A DNA stretch of 63,610 nucleotides, filler included, from Octopus bimaculoides (lineage: Eukaryota), in NCBI RefSeq assembly GCF_001194135.2. It is 6 parts of 6 records of this genome, joined end to end, with 100 filler letters (N's around TTAATTAATTAA, not from the genome) between each part and the next. Parts side by side here need not be neighbours in the genome. Positions count along the whole stretch, not along the records: positions 60,530 to 62,424 come from NW_026306843.1; positions 62,525 to 63,610 come from NC_068989.1; 4 more parts are not named here. One strand, written 5' to 3'. Made by a program: the position numbers and the translations under genes. The notes under the pieces were generated by a model, which saw only the letters and a list, made by a program, of their open reading frames with translations, did no database searches and was not told where the DNA came from. Numbering within the stretch: position 1 is the stretch's first letter; every line of letters starts with the position of its first letter. Of the stretch, positions 61,060 through 63,610 are shown piece by piece.

Positions 61060-62424
61060 ACAAAGGCATTCGACTCTATTCCTCATTCATGGCTGTTGAA
61101 GTGCCTTCATCTGGCAAAAGTACCAGCTACCTTAATTGCTGCTATAGAGAGTCTCACAAAGACATGGACGACAATTCTTACCCTTACAAATGAGAAGAGA
61201 ATAATTGTTTCTGATAGAATAGGCATTTCANNNNNNNNNNNNNNNNNNNNNNNNNNNNNNNNNNNNNNNNNNNNNNNNNNNNNNNNNNNNNNNNNNNNTG
61301 AATCCATTATCGTTCCTACTACAGAAAACAAATGGTTACATGCTAGGACCTTGAACTGCTAGAAATATCAATGGAACTCTTGATTTCTTTGTAGACAACC
61401 TCAAGATTTATGCTAAAAGTGTTAACAATACCAAAAAANNNNNNNNNNAAAAAACAGCTGGAATTAGTAACAACATTTTCATTTGATACAGGCATGGAAT
61501 TTGGCCAAAAGAAATGTTCATATTTGGTTGTAGGACGAGAAAAGTCAGTCCCCCAAATCCCAAACCTGTGCACCAACGGTCTCTCTATCTCCCCCATTCC
61601 ACACAAAGGCATAGACGAAAATATATAATATGAAGGCACTGTGAATAAAAATTGAGTGACCCGAGAATATTTCACCAGACTTAGGAAAATATGGCAGTCG
61701 GAACTCTCCTCTTACAACAAAANNNNNNNNNNTATGGCAGTCGGAACTCTCCTCTTACAACAAAACAATATCCCACAATGCAATTGCAGTTGGGATACTT
61801 GAATGGTCTGTAGAGGGAATCCACTCCATAGATATTAAAACCCGCAAAATCCTGACAACAACTGGGAACTTCCACAGAAACAATGGTGTTGACAGGCTTT
61901 ACCTAAGAAGAAATGAAGGTGGTAGAGGCCTCAGTCCAGTGTAGACGGCCTTCGAATACCGTATGGTATCACTCAGGCAGCAAAAATAAATATATAAATG
62001 CAGTGCTGANNNNNNNNNNGGTATCACTCAGGCAGCAAAAATAAATATATAAATGCAGTGCTGAAAAGTAAAGTTAGCAATATTGTACGAGTTGGCAGTG
62101 AACTCCTCAAGAAACACTCTCTTCCNNNNNNNNNNCACTCTCTTCCTGATGATCTCCTCTTCAGCCCCAAAGCAGCTGAGCTTTCTTACCTCACAAAGAC
62201 CTGGATGGAAAGCACTCAACATACAAAAAAGATTATGCATNNNNNNNNNNCACAAAGACCTGGATGGAAAGCACTCAACATACAAAAAAGATTATGCATG
62301 GGTATGTTGCCCGGAAGCTTGAAGGTACAGGAGATTGCCACAAAGTACCCGGTGAACAAGAGGGACAGTGACACTCTTGTAATCCCAAGCTGCAACCGCC
62401 TGTGTAGGCTATGTCATGTTTCTG
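61060..62424 (+). mobile_element. R4/Dong-type RT and downstream region, fragmented by assembly gaps
   Basis: KAFDSIPHSWLLKCL, LNPLSFLL, FVDNLKIYAK (FVDD-like, 61388-61399), FSFDTGMEFGQKKC, RLRKIWQSELSSYNK, VDRLYLRRNEGGRGL, QEIATKY..CRLC. Confidence 0.85.
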
Positions 62425-62524
62425 NNNNNNNNNNNNNNNNNNNNNNNNNNNNNNNNNNNNNNNNNNNNTTAATTAATTAANNNNNNNNNNNNNNNNNNNN
62501 NNNNNNNNNNNNNNNNNNNNNNNN

Positions 62525-62580
<56 letters not shown>

Positions 62581-62724
62581 TGTTCATATGTATACAAAGA
62601 GAAAAAGAGAGACAAAGAGACGTAATATTCATAGTCGCTGCAGCATAGTGTTAGCTAAAATTTTGTTTAAGTGTACTCTATAGGAATGATACGAATCACT
62701 TACTATATCAGTAATTTAACAGAT

Positions 62725-62808
<84 letters not shown>

Positions 62809-63390
62809 CATGCATGCATGCATGCATGCATACATACATACACACATACATACATACATACATACATACATACATACATACATACATACATACATACACA
62901 CATACATATGTACATACATAATTTCATAAAAAACCAACATTCGATAATCTGTGAATGTTGTTGCCGGAAGACATGAATATTTTTTCCACACTAATGTTTA
63001 TTGTTGCGAACACAAGTTTTACGTGAATACTTATGAGAATATTTAAGAAATATGTGCATGCAATAATGTTTATACTTATATATAGCTGGGGTTTTTTTTT
63101 TGTTTTAGCTGTTAATTTGTATTTCTTCCTGAAATCAAGAAGTATACATACACATATAACTATGTGTTTTCGAAATATTGAATGCTATTTTAATTAGATT
63201 TGTTGTATTTCCCATGTAATAAACTAACGAGAGTATGCAAGTAAAAATGTATGAATTTTCACTTTAAGATAATACATCCGCCTGCGACCTAGATTCTACT
63301 CTAACCCAACGGTGCCAATGTGTACTTCAGCTATTCTGTTTCTTTTACAATTTGACAGCAAAAAAAAAAGAACAAAAAAGCTCAATCAAT

Positions 63391-63545
63391 TGGCGCATGC
63401 GTGGCTGTGTGGTAAGAAGCTTGCTTCCCAACCACATTGTTCCGGGGTTCAGTCCCACTGCGTGATACCTTGAGCAACTATCTTCCATTATAGCCACATG
63501 CCAAACCTCGTAAGTGGATTTGGTTCACGGAACCTGAAAGAAATC
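63391..63545 (+). mobile_element. SINE B 5' part
   Basis: ggcgcatgcgtggctgtgtggtaagaagcttgcttcccaaccac..gggttcagtcccactgcg. Confidence 0.85.
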
Positions 63546-63610
63546 CGTTGTATATTTATATATACACACACACACATATAAATGTATATGCGTATATATA
63601 TATATATATA

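Overview
This is repeat-dense animal genomic DNA: AT-rich, roughly 14% N by my rough count, with abundant di-, tri- and tetranucleotide microsatellites. The SINE families and microsatellite load suggest a coleoid cephalopod, probably Octopus (inference from recall, not a database match). I found no convincing host protein-coding exon, rRNA, true tRNA or CRISPR array. Almost all ORFs in the supplied track are microsatellite or N-run artefacts. The window is a mobile-element graveyard containing: (1) several tRNA-headed SINE families, labelled A, B, C and E here; (2) RTE LINE remnants plus a short element that shares the RTE 3' end; (3) four R4/Dong-type RLE retrotransposon pieces, two flanked by (TAA)n; (4) two Penelope-like GIY-YIG remnants; (5) two DD37D (maT) Tc1/mariner remnants; (6) a Tx1/L1 remnant and a CR1/Jockey-group 3' end; (7) TTAA-flanked MITEs. 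The best leads are a family of minimal hammerhead-ribozyme-like motifs with a non-canonical core tied to a Penelope terminal repeat, a 44-bp-stem hairpin whose non-Watson-Crick pairs are nearly all G-U, a foldback inside an ATGAATGAAA-anchored degenerate satellite, a 97%-identical 102-bp inverted pair, and an apparent CpG-content change near 21 kb. TTAATTAATTAA linkers between N runs show the window is stitched from separate contigs, so long-range adjacency is uncertain. All translations and alignments were done by eye, and element boundaries are approximate unless a TSD or TIR is cited.
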